Shown here piece after piece: positions 19,498 through 28,235 of a stretch of 64,000 nt of DNA. The notes under the pieces were generated by a model. It was given only the letters and a program-made list of their open reading frames with translations, searched no databases and was not told where the DNA came from. Position numbers and translations under genes: made by a program. The DNA comes from an uncultured archaeon. Its GTDB lineage: Archaea; Asgardarchaeota; Thorarchaeia; Thorarchaeales; Thorarchaeaceae. The stretch lies in NCBI GenBank assembly GCA_964558645.1, contig CAZLEV010000006.1:96001-160000 (forward strand). Direction: 5' to 3'. The first letter of the stretch is position 1. Each line of letters begins with the position of its first letter.

Positions 19498-20709
19498 ATG
19501 AGAGTCCTTCATCTCTGTGATAGTCTTAATCCTGCCGGTCTGGGAGGATACGAGTCCTACCTTCACTATCTCTCAGCGGTCTTGAACCGAGCAGGGCACA
19601 AGTGCATTATCACCAGCCAGAAACCAAGACGGAACAGCCCCGGCTGGATTGAGTCGGAACACTATCAGATTCGGTATCTTGAGGGAAATCTACTAGAGGC
19701 AAGAAAATGGGAGTATCTAGCCCTGCCTCAGGAGAAGCGGCGAGGTGCGGTCGAGAAGCTCTTCTCCCCTGATGACCTCGAGAGGAACGTTCAGTTGCTT
19801 GCAAGAGAGCTCCTGAGTCTGATTGATAGTTTCAGACCAGATGTGGTACATAGTCACAGTACATACATTATCTTCAATCGTGTCCTTGAGTGTCTTCATT
19901 CTGAAGTAGGTGCCAAGAAGCTGCCCCTAATCGCCACTATTCACGGGTTGCCGAAATCGCTGGTTCTTCCGAATGGTACTGAAACTACCGACTATGACCA
20001 GCTCGCCGTCCACTGCCCGTTTGACTTGGTTCTCGGAGTGAGTAATTGTGTCACTTCCGAGTTGGAGAACCATCTGCCGAAATCAGTAGAACACATCCAG
20101 AGAGAATACCTTGGGATAGATCTTGATGTCTTCCGACCCGGTGGACGTCCCAAGCAGTGGGACCTAGCATTCATGGGTAGAATGGAACACATGAAGAGTG
20201 TGGATATATTCCCATCTCTCTTTGGAAACCTGATTGAGAAGTATCCATCATTGAGGATTGTCATGACGGGAGAGGGGTCATATAGAGAAGATATTATGAA
20301 AGACTTCTTTGAAAGAGGATTGGACAGGAATATAGACTACCTTGGTGTGGTTCCAAATGCAGATGTGCCTAGCGTCATAGACCAGAGTAGGGTGTTTCTC
20401 TACCCGTCTCGAAGAGAACCATTTGGGCTCTCGATTGTCGAGGCAATGGCCTGCGAAGTACCAGTTGTGGCAGGCGATGTCTTCGGGCCAAGAGAAATTA
20501 TCACAGACAATGTAGATGGCGTTCTCGTTGATCCTGAAGAGTTTGACATTCTCGTGGATTCCATCTTGGCCCTGCTCAATAACTCCAAGAGAAGGAATTT
20601 GCTGGGAACTAGTGCACGCAGAACGGTTCAACAGAGATTCAATATTCAAGATCATGCGAAACGGCTAGTCAACTACTACGGGAACATGATATCTGGAAAG
20701 AAAACGTGA
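19498..20709 (+). CDS. Glycosyltransferase family 4
   Basis: GG.E, FMGR....KS, PSRREPFGLSIVEAMACEVPVV. Confidence 0.92.
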   Translation: MRVLHLCDSLNPAGLGGYESYLHYLSAVLNRAGHKCIITSQKPRRNSPGWIESEHYQIRYLEGNLLEARKWEYLALPQEKRRGAVEKLFSPDDLERNVQLLARELLSLIDSFRPDVVHSHSTYIIFNRVLECLHSEVGAKKLPLIATIHGLPKSLVLPNGTETTDYDQLAVHCPFDLVLGVSNCVTSELENHLPKSVEHIQREYLGIDLDVFRPGGRPKQWDLAFMGRMEHMKSVDIFPSLFGNLIEKYPSLRIVMTGEGSYREDIMKDFFERGLDRNIDYLGVVPNADVPSVIDQSRVFLYPSRREPFGLSIVEAMACEVPVVAGDVFGPREIITDNVDGVLVDPEEFDILVDSILALLNNSKRRNLLGTSARRTVQQRFNIQDHAKRLVNYYGNMISGKKT

Positions 20710-20728
20710 GGGGGCTTCACTGCCCCCC
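20701..20728 (-). terminator. Hairpin between convergent GT4 and peroxiredoxin genes
   Basis: GGGGGC-N6-GCCCCC; T-rich tail on the minus strand. Confidence 0.5.
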
Positions 20729-20755
20729 GGTTTAGGTTGAAACAAGTCTAGTGTC

Positions 20756-21445
20756 TTATTCGAAGACTTTGGCAGCCCGCTCAAGGAACTTCCTAGCAGC
20801 TGACGCTTCTTCCTTTGGGACTTCTTTGTGGCACAGCCACCAGTCCAAACACTCGTACTCTTTGGTGCGCTTCTCTGCTTCTTCCATGGATTTTGGAGGC
20901 GGCACAATTACGTGCTCCCCAACAATCTCGTTGTTTGGCCAGTTAGCAGGCATAGCAGCCTTGTGTTCGGCACCTACTTGGAAGGCTTTGATCATTCGTA
21001 GAAACTCATCTATGTTCCGACCCAGCTCCAACGGGTAGAACAGGATTGCACGGATAGTCTGGTTGGGGTCTACAATGTAGACAGCCCTTACTGTCGCGGT
21101 CGAGGACTGTGCATGAATCAGACCAAGCGTCTGTGAAACGTTCCCCATTGGGTCTCCAATCACAGGGTAGTCGATCTTTTCGCCGACGGTGTCCTCAATC
21201 CACTCAACCCATTTCATGTGGCTTATCGTACTATCAACACTCAGCCCAATAAGCTCAGTATTCAGTTTCCTGAAATCCTCATGTCTCTTCGCAAAAGCTA
21301 TGAATTCCGTGGTGCACACTGGAGTGAAATCGCCAGGGTGACTGAACAAGACAAACCACTTGCCTTTGTAGTGGTCTGGCAGTTTCAACGGGCCAAATGT
21401 AGTATCTACTTCCATCTCAGGGAATTTCTCACCGATTGTTAGCAT
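20756..21445 (-). CDS. Peroxiredoxin (archaeal Prx6/TDXH type)
   Basis: [33 protein letters not shown]-terminal CLDWWLC. Confidence 0.95.
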   Translation of the reverse strand: MLTIGEKFPEMEVDTTFGPLKLPDHYKGKWFVLFSHPGDFTPVCTTEFIAFAKRHEDFRKLNTELIGLSVDSTISHMKWVEWIEDTVGEKIDYPVIGDPMGNVSQTLGLIHAQSSTATVRAVYIVDPNQTIRAILFYPLELGRNIDEFLRMIKAFQVGAEHKAAMPANWPNNEIVGEHVIVPPPKSMEEAEKRTKEYECLDWWLCHKEVPKEEASAARKFLERAAKVFE

Positions 21446-21494
21446 TCTTTTCTTCTCCTCAAACTGTTGTTTGCGTCAGATAGTATTCAAATCA

Positions 21495-21640
21495 GTCCCA
21501 CAAGAAACGGTCCACTCAATCATTTGATGTCGGGTCTTACCGCGAACTGTGGGACATGCTAGTCTAACCAAGAATTATTATTACTTAAACTTTACTATCG
21601 ATAAGTAACAAGTTGTAACAAAGAATGCTTTTATATGTAG
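21495..21640. promoter_or_regulatory. Divergent prx/fur promoter region with structured prx leader
   Basis: AT-rich boxes (TTTAAGTA on minus, TTTTATAT on plus); near-palindrome TTACTATCGATAAGTAA; inverted repeat GTCCCACA/TGTGGGAC. Confidence 0.5.
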
Positions 21641-21648
21641 GATTCCAC

Positions 21649-22086
21649 ATGGAAAACACAATGAAGGCCAAGAAGTCCAGACAAGCGATTGCCGAGGTAA
21701 TCCGGGAGCACGGATACAGAGCCACACCCCAGAGACTTGCAATCTACGATGCCCTGCATGAGTCCGGCTCTCATCCTACTGCACAGGAGATACACCAGAC
21801 CGTCTTAGAGAGAGATCCGTCCGTCAGTTTGGCCACCGTCTACAAGACATTGCAGCTGTTTGTAGAGCTGGGTCTGGCTGGAGAGATGGGTTTTAGGGAT
21901 CAGACTCACTATGACCCTGATACGGGATATCACGTCCACCTCGTCTGTACCAACTGTGGGAGAATCGAAGATTCTCATGTTGACGATTTAGAGAGATTCA
22001 TATCCCAGATAGAGGAGGAAACCGAGTTCAAGATAACAGGACAACGTTTTGATATGTACGGTCTTTGCTCCGATTGCAGGAGTTAG
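21649..22086 (+). CDS. Fur/PerR family transcriptional regulator
   Basis: TPQRLAI, HPTA, SLATVYKTL, HVHLVCTNCG, CSDC. Confidence 0.93.
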   Translation: MENTMKAKKSRQAIAEVIREHGYRATPQRLAIYDALHESGSHPTAQEIHQTVLERDPSVSLATVYKTLQLFVELGLAGEMGFRDQTHYDPDTGYHVHLVCTNCGRIEDSHVDDLERFISQIEEETEFKITGQRFDMYGLCSDCRS

Positions 22087-22110
22087 AGGGGGCTGGAGGG
22101 CCACTAGTAC

Positions 22111-22725
22111 CTATCTTGATGCTTTCGATACGATTACCGGAGCCGTAAGACTCCAAATCCTCGCCAGCACAGGCGTCATGAATATGACAGTTGGGAGGCC
22201 GGCTGTCAGAACAGGCAGCAAGACAAATCCGATAGCCACCAATGTAGCATACCCCTCAATCACCATGCCAATGATGACCAAGAGAAGCGCTGTCATGATA
22301 AGACCAAATGCCGAGAGGAGGGACATCTTGACCAGCGATCTCCCGCTGGAGAGTTCGTAGGATGCCATTCCCACTACAAGACCTAGGACACCATATGCCA
22401 GAGCAGGTAGTGTGAAGGTCACAACAACGTTGTAAACTAGGAGCCCATAGATCACCTCGCCCAGGTATCCTGCCAGAAGACCTGCGATGGGTCCTCTGAT
22501 GGCGCCTGCAAAGGCAATGAGCGCTAGAGCAGGAACAAGTCCCAGAGTCAAGAGGCCCTCCATGATGAAGGGCATCGGAATTGTTGAAATGAGGGCATAG
22601 ATGCCCGCCACAGCCACGGCGAAGAGGACTGTTTCTACTGCCATTCGTGCATCCCTCATTCGAAGGAACTCGAGTACGGTGGATATTGTCACGGGGGTTT
22701 CGGTTCCTTGGTCTTCTTTACTCAT
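22111..22725 (-). CDS. ECF transporter S-component-like membrane protein
   Basis: 5-6 TM helices; GPIAGLLAGYLG motif. Confidence 0.65.
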   Translation of the reverse strand: MSKEDQGTETPVTISTVLEFLRMRDARMAVETVLFAVAVAGIYALISTIPMPFIMEGLLTLGLVPALALIAFAGAIRGPIAGLLAGYLGEVIYGLLVYNVVVTFTLPALAYGVLGLVVGMASYELSSGRSLVKMSLLSAFGLIMTALLLVIIGMVIEGYATLVAIGFVLLPVLTAGLPTVIFMTPVLARIWSLTAPVIVSKASR

Positions 22726-22737
22726 TCTCGGATCACC

Positions 22738-24378
22738 TCATTTTATCACAAGCTGATACGCTCCCGGCTCCAGTGACAGGTCGTAGTCTGTACCAGAAGC
22801 AGTGAGTACGCCCAAGACGGAACCAGACGAATAGGCTGTTGGTGCCGAGGCGAAATTGGTGAATGATAGCGTTGCCGACTGGTCAACCCGCACATTGAGA
22901 ATGAAGGCGTTTCTTGCTGCATCCCATTCTGCTTGATAGACCCAGATACGGTCGTCATCTGCGGAACTAATATAGGGATAATCCCAGAACTCTGCGGGCC
23001 GGGCATCCCCAAGGTCCATCACGGTGACAGGAGTATGAGCCCAGATCCATCCAAATGCCGCTACTGATTGCAGGAATGGTTCCAGCGACATGGTGTCAAA
23101 GTGTAACTGCCGACCATCTGGAGACCAGACCTTGTTGTACGAGTTGAAGAAGAAGTTCGCCAGTCGGTCTCTCGTGACATAGTCACCCATTTGATTCGCA
23201 AGATGCATGGTGAAGAGTGTGCCCAAGATGTCAAAGGTGCCAAATCCACCGGGGTTATTGTAGGTGTCCATGATGTATGCTGAATCGGCAGAGACGTCCT
23301 TCATGAAGTACTCTAAGAAAACCGGATAGTCTGCAGCACTCGCTTCTGGCTGAATATACTGCAGAAAAGCAAGAGCCCATCCATTGCAGTAGGACGAGAC
23401 CTTCGGACTGCCGTCGTCGGCATAAAGCGACTGTTGAGGTCCGGGAATCTCGTCCGGGACGCGACTCGTGTCATACAGTGAAGAGGTGGGTCTGTCGACG
23501 TAGTACCCATCAATGAAGAGGCTGTACTTATCCTGGGCTACAGTGTTCATGAAATTGAGTCCATAGTCCCACATGCCTCCCTCCCAGTATTGGGTAGCGT
23601 ACAGATTGTCATACAGCCTTGTACAGAGCATTGGGATTGAGTTACATTGTACAAACACTATGTAGGGTTCACAGGGAATCAGTCCGGTTCCCCAGAGACC
23701 GCCCTCTTTTGGATTGCCTCGCCTATCACTTGTAAGAGAAATGTTCCAATCGTCAACAAAGTAGTCGAGGTCACTCTTCATGAGGCCGGTGTTGAAACTG
23801 CGTTCATACATGGCCTCCATGAGGGCGATGTGAGCAGTCCACATGATATTGGCTGGACCACGGAAGCCCCCTGTGTAGATGGCTTCAGGGTCCGAGGCAT
23901 TATTGGGGTACCAGTAGTCCACATAATTATAGGACGGATGCAGCCACTCCTTGTATTCGATACTGTTGTTACCCCACTCGTCAAACGTTGTATTCATCTT
24001 CATTATCAGATCGTACAGGAAGTCGTGATAGTGATCGGTCCGATAGCCCGAAGTTGCCTCGAACATCATCGCGACCGTATAGGCCATGAACGCCAACACA
24101 TAGTGGTGCAGTCCGTGATACTGCTCAGCAAACCAACCGTCCCATTCCCCGTATCCCTGGTAGTCGCTGCTCACAATCGTGTCCAGATAGTTGAAAATTG
24201 CAAGCATATCGTGGTCAAGAGCCTTGTACTCAGCAAAGTCAAACTGGATGCCATCAACCGTCTGAACGCCTCTCGCTACGGGAGTAGCCGGCAGGTTACC
24301 CACGGTAAGACCACCAATGACAAGTGTCATGACAAGGGCCACCAAGAAATACTTGTTACTCATCAGTCTGTTGCTCAT
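22738..24378 (-). CDS. Secreted linalool dehydratase/isomerase (LinD)-like protein
   Basis: N-terminal signal/TM; YVLAFMAY, NIMWTAHIALM, CEPYIVFVQCNS, SSYCNGWALA resemble LinD motifs. Confidence 0.75.
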   Translation of the reverse strand: MSNRLMSNKYFLVALVMTLVIGGLTVGNLPATPVARGVQTVDGIQFDFAEYKALDHDMLAIFNYLDTIVSSDYQGYGEWDGWFAEQYHGLHHYVLAFMAYTVAMMFEATSGYRTDHYHDFLYDLIMKMNTTFDEWGNNSIEYKEWLHPSYNYVDYWYPNNASDPEAIYTGGFRGPANIMWTAHIALMEAMYERSFNTGLMKSDLDYFVDDWNISLTSDRRGNPKEGGLWGTGLIPCEPYIVFVQCNSIPMLCTRLYDNLYATQYWEGGMWDYGLNFMNTVAQDKYSLFIDGYYVDRPTSSLYDTSRVPDEIPGPQQSLYADDGSPKVSSYCNGWALAFLQYIQPEASAADYPVFLEYFMKDVSADSAYIMDTYNNPGGFGTFDILGTLFTMHLANQMGDYVTRDRLANFFFNSYNKVWSPDGRQLHFDTMSLEPFLQSVAAFGWIWAHTPVTVMDLGDARPAEFWDYPYISSADDDRIWVYQAEWDAARNAFILNVRVDQSATLSFTNFASAPTAYSSGSVLGVLTASGTDYDLSLEPGAYQLVIK

Positions 24379-24655
24379 TCTGAAACCTCTTCTGGATGAT
24401 GTTACATCTCGTTGCTGTAGATTGCCAGATAGCTTTCTTCTGCGATGGGAAACGCTCCATAAATACTTTACAAATTCGTCTACAGACGTATCGACATATG
24501 ACGAAATAGACGGGACCTTAGAGAGGAACGAAAGGTGAATTCGGAATGTCTGTCAACCCCGTCGATGCTCGGTTCGCTGATTGACAAAACACTGATTAGT
24601 TGCTTTCGAAATCCCAACACCTTGGTCTTGCCTTCACGGGAGACTGAGGAGAGCA

Positions 24656-25066
24656 ATGAAAGCCAGAAACAAACTCATCTGCATCGGTATCCTGATCATG
24701 GGAATGCTTGCGTCGACAGTAGTCTTTCTGGTCACGGACGATGCAGAAGGACCGATGATCTATCAGATAGATGTTCTTCCGGGCAGACCCCGCCCTGGAG
24801 ATATCGTCAATATAGTCATCTACTGTATAGATCCGTCAGGAGTATCAGGGGCAACGTTGTACTACTCGGTGAATAGCGCCGAGTGGAAGGAACAGACTAT
24901 GTACTTCTATGCGTGCTTATGCATTGCTGGTGGGCGATGGGTCGGAGAGGTTGGGCCCCTTGATGCCGGGGACAGCATCCAGTTCTATATCACTGCGTTT
25001 GACAATTCGGTCACAAAGAACTCCGCAGATACCCAAGCGTTCACAGTGGAAGTCATTGAAATATAG
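24656..25066 (+). CDS. Membrane-anchored/secreted Ig-like protein with CxC
   Basis: N-terminal TM; beta-rich DPSGV..ATLYY...YITAFDN; YACLC insert. Confidence 0.7.
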   Translation: MKARNKLICIGILIMGMLASTVVFLVTDDAEGPMIYQIDVLPGRPRPGDIVNIVIYCIDPSGVSGATLYYSVNSAEWKEQTMYFYACLCIAGGRWVGEVGPLDAGDSIQFYITAFDNSVTKNSADTQAFTVEVIEI

Positions 25067-25073
25067 AGGAGAG

Positions 25074-25268
25074 ATGTTATTGAGATTCGACAGCATGATA
25101 TACTTGTCTTTGATGATTCTCGGAATCGTGGTAGCAATAGCACCATGGACTTTCGCACCAGTATGTGTCAGCGAGATGCGATGTTGGTTCACGCGAGATG
25201 TCGAAACGGTTCTGGGAGCGGTCATAACCCTGTTAGCTGTAGTGGGGCTATACAGGAGCTTGGCGTAA
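25074..25268 (+). CDS. Small membrane protein, DUF4418-like
   Basis: TM-APVC...MRCWFT-TM; GAGGAG RBS. Confidence 0.6.
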   Translation: MLLRFDSMIYLSLMILGIVVAIAPWTFAPVCVSEMRCWFTRDVETVLGAVITLLAVVGLYRSLA

Positions 25269-25290
25269 GAAGACAGGAAGTCACATACCC

Positions 25291-25755
25291 ATGAATAGCG
25301 AACAGCGTAGGGCAGTACAGGTAATCCTAGTGGTTCTGTCTTGTTTTGCAGTCTTCACGTATACCTACGCTCTGGAAACAAAGCGTTACTGTGATTGGAC
25401 AGGCCTAGAGATCCAGGAGAGACTGGGCCACGAAGTCACATTTACTCTCACAAATGGCACTATACGTCACTATTGCGGCGTCAACACATCACTTGAAGCC
25501 CTACATGATATGACGGAGCGAAACGAGGAGATGTACATTGAAAGGATACAGGTTCGATGCCCTATGTGCGGAATGTTGATGGATTCGGACGACCCGATGA
25601 TAGTCTGGATATACTCAGAAGAGTATCTGAATCCGACCACCCACACTGCCACTATTGTGGGAGTCTGCGAGGATGCTGGTGATCAAGCCATGTGTGAAAC
25701 CCATTTTCTCGATCGGTACGGGGGAATAGTGATATCCAACCCCTATGTAGTCTAG
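25291..25755 (+). CDS. NosL-like membrane-anchored metal-binding protein
   Basis: N-terminal TM; CDWTG, HYCG, CPMCGM, C-terminal F..RYGG. Confidence 0.6.
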   Translation: MNSEQRRAVQVILVVLSCFAVFTYTYALETKRYCDWTGLEIQERLGHEVTFTLTNGTIRHYCGVNTSLEALHDMTERNEEMYIERIQVRCPMCGMLMDSDDPMIVWIYSEEYLNPTTHTATIVGVCEDAGDQAMCETHFLDRYGGIVISNPYVV

Positions 25756-25758
25756 GGA

Positions 25759-26172
25759 GTGACCGGGGTGAAAAAGGGAATACTTCTCGTTGCGGCCTTT
25801 GTCTCAACGACTCTAGTTGTGGGTATGACCCTTGCTGCGATTTCGTCTCAGCAAGTCGGAGGAGCCTGGCTGTTTCCCGATCTAGGCCCTGCTGTGATTC
25901 AAGATACTCAGTACGGTCGAGCACCAATACTAGAGTCACCGTTCAGTCCATTCGGAGATATTCCAGGCGGATATTCGCCCTACTGGGGAAATCTACTCGT
26001 TGATGAATTGCTGATAGAACCCTGGGAGTGTATTGAACTGCAGGGACTAGAACCGAGGGCACCTACACCTGATACAAGCACGATGTTACTAGGACTGCTG
26101 ATCACGACTCTTCCGTTGACAGTGGTCTCTCTTGCCGGGAGGCGATCATATGGGGCTTCGAAGACACGCTAA
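25759..26172 (+). CDS. Hypothetical membrane protein
   Basis: TM helices at both ends; in operon. Confidence 0.6.
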   Translation: MTGVKKGILLVAAFVSTTLVVGMTLAAISSQQVGGAWLFPDLGPAVIQDTQYGRAPILESPFSPFGDIPGGYSPYWGNLLVDELLIEPWECIELQGLEPRAPTPDTSTMLLGLLITTLPLTVVSLAGRRSYGASKTR

Positions 26173-27364
26173 CCTCACAGACTATGCCATCGGCAATGTG
26201 TTCAAGTATCGAACAAAGAGTATTGCAATCATATCGATATTGGTAATCTCATCAGGTCTCCTTGCCTCACTGGAGTTCATCAGAGAGGGGGTCGTACAGG
26301 ATGTGATTGCCTCAATGGACGAGGGGCCGGATGTGATAGTTCAGAGGCTCGAAGGGGGGAGACAAGTGGCAGTTCCAGTCGACTGGCGAACGAATATCAC
26401 ACAGATATCGGGATCCAGACTCGCCTCCGCCAGAGTATGGGGATATGTCAACATAGGAGGAGGACAGCTCCTCACGGTCATGGGAATCAATGCATCCGAA
26501 TACTCTTCGATACCGGGGATGGTCGGTACGAACATAGTGGGACAGGGAAGGTTTCTGGGAAACAACGATAGCAAGAAGATGGTTGTGGGGGAGGGAATCA
26601 TAGATTTGATGCGGGGTGCAGCACACCCCGTGGAGGTTGGCATAGGTAGTAGAATCCAGCTGATTGCCTACGATAACTCATTGGTCGAATTCGAGATTGT
26701 TGGAGTGTTTGCATCGGAGTCAAAGGTGTTCAGCTATGACCTCATAGTCACCGACACAGATAGTGCACGCCAAGTGCTTGGGATTGGGCAAGATGAGTGT
26801 ACAGACATAGCAATCTGGGTGAACTATGGTACGAATGTGGATGCAGTGGCATTGGTCATAGATACGGACTTCCCCGAAGCCAGAGTTCTCACTAGGCAAG
26901 GGATGACGGATATGAGTCTGAGAACATACCTTGGGCGTTCTGGCATTCTTGCTCTCATGTGGGCTGTGTTAGTATTGGCTGTGGTCATGACTGCCATTAC
27001 ATCATCAGGTATAGGATCGGAAGAGGCCAGACGGGAGGTGGGACTCCTCAAGGCTCTTGGATTCGATACGGCAAGTGTTCTCGAGATTAGACTCATAGAG
27101 TCGCTCGTCGTCAGTGTCCTAGGAGGTAGTCTGGGCATCTCATTGGCAATCGTGTTTGATTTTGTGTTCCAGGCCCCTCTGCTCTCAGGATTCATTCTTG
27201 GATGGAGCCTCGTCCTGATAAACGGAGGAATACCGCTGGCAATCTCCGTTGAGACGATATTCATGGTCTATACTGTATCCGTAGTGCCAGTTCTTGTTGC
27301 CACCGTGGTACCAGCATGGCGAAATGCAATCACAGACCCCGACATTGTATTGAGGGGGGTGTAG
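26150..27364 (+). CDS. ABC transporter permease, FtsX/LolCE/MacB type
   Basis: TM, large extracellular domain, then 3 TM; RREVGLLKALG, PAWR.A..DP. Confidence 0.9.
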   Translation: MGLRRHANLTDYAIGNVFKYRTKSIAIISILVISSGLLASLEFIREGVVQDVIASMDEGPDVIVQRLEGGRQVAVPVDWRTNITQISGSRLASARVWGYVNIGGGQLLTVMGINASEYSSIPGMVGTNIVGQGRFLGNNDSKKMVVGEGIIDLMRGAAHPVEVGIGSRIQLIAYDNSLVEFEIVGVFASESKVFSYDLIVTDTDSARQVLGIGQDECTDIAIWVNYGTNVDAVALVIDTDFPEARVLTRQGMTDMSLRTYLGRSGILALMWAVLVLAVVMTAITSSGIGSEEARREVGLLKALGFDTASVLEIRLIESLVVSVLGGSLGISLAIVFDFVFQAPLLSGFILGWSLVLINGGIPLAISVETIFMVYTVSVVPVLVATVVPAWRNAITDPDIVLRGV

Positions 27365-27365
27365 A

Positions 27366-28049
27366 ATGGATACAGCAGTTCGAACCGAGAGCGTATCCAA
27401 GCTATACAGGTCGGGTAGAACTCAGGTTGCAGCCCTCAGAGATGTGAGTCTGACAATCAAGAAGGGGATCGTGACAGTGATTGCAGGCCCAAGTGGTTCT
27501 GGAAAGACCACACTTCTGAGCATCATTGGCCTGCTAGCAAGACCATCTGAAGGGCATGTGTATCTTCGGGACAGAGAGGTGTCAGGCATATCAGACATAT
27601 TCCGAAGCAAAATGAGACAACAAGAGATCGGGTTCGTGTTTCAGAACCAGTATCTGCTCCCTCAACTCACTGCGGTTCAGAACGTGGCTCTTCCCTGTCT
27701 GGCTACGGATATGGCACGGGGTGAGGCTGAGAGGCTTGCAAGAGAACAACTCTCTCGTCTTGGCTTGGAAGACCGACTCGACTTCCGGGTGGCAGAGCTG
27801 AGTGGCGGAGAACAGCAACGAGTGAGTATTGCACGGGGGCTTATGAACAATCCTTCCATTCTTATTGCAGACGAGCCGAGTAGTTCAATGGAACAAGACT
27901 TGGTGGAGTACCTCCTCGACCTGCTCCGAGCAATGTGTGAAACGAGAGGATTGACAGTCATTGTGGCATCACACGACCCACTGGTGCTGGACTGGGGAGA
28001 TGAGGTCTACCGCCTCTCACAGGGAGAGCTGGTTGATTCTCAGCAGTAG
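27366..28049 (+). CDS. ABC transporter ATP-binding protein (LolD-like)
   Basis: GPSGSGKT, IGFVFQ, LSGGEQQRV, ADEP, SHD. Confidence 0.95.
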   Translation: MDTAVRTESVSKLYRSGRTQVAALRDVSLTIKKGIVTVIAGPSGSGKTTLLSIIGLLARPSEGHVYLRDREVSGISDIFRSKMRQQEIGFVFQNQYLLPQLTAVQNVALPCLATDMARGEAERLAREQLSRLGLEDRLDFRVAELSGGEQQRVSIARGLMNNPSILIADEPSSSMEQDLVEYLLDLLRAMCETRGLTVIVASHDPLVLDWGDEVYRLSQGELVDSQQ

Positions 28050-28075
28050 TCACCGTTCATTGTATGTTAGGCAGA

Positions 28076-28125
28076 CTTGGACTTCAGAGAGTTGTCCCCC
28101 CAGCTAACGGCACTGGGTGATCTCA
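28076..28125 (-). repeat. Stand-alone copy of the TnpB 3'-end double hairpin (putative omegaRNA scaffold end / IS right end)
   Basis: Minus strand TGAGATCACCCAGTGCCGTTAGCTGGGGGGACAACTCTCTGAAGTCCAAG aligns with 40122-40165 (about 39 of 44 nt); both stems preserved. Confidence 0.8.
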
Positions 28126-28235
28126 GTCGTGGTGAGCGATAGTGTGTGAATGACCAGCTCTCAGTCATGGGCTGGAAGCTATAGACTCCTGCGCTGAACT
28201 GCCCAACTCTGTCCACGTTTTCGGTAGCTGTTGGT

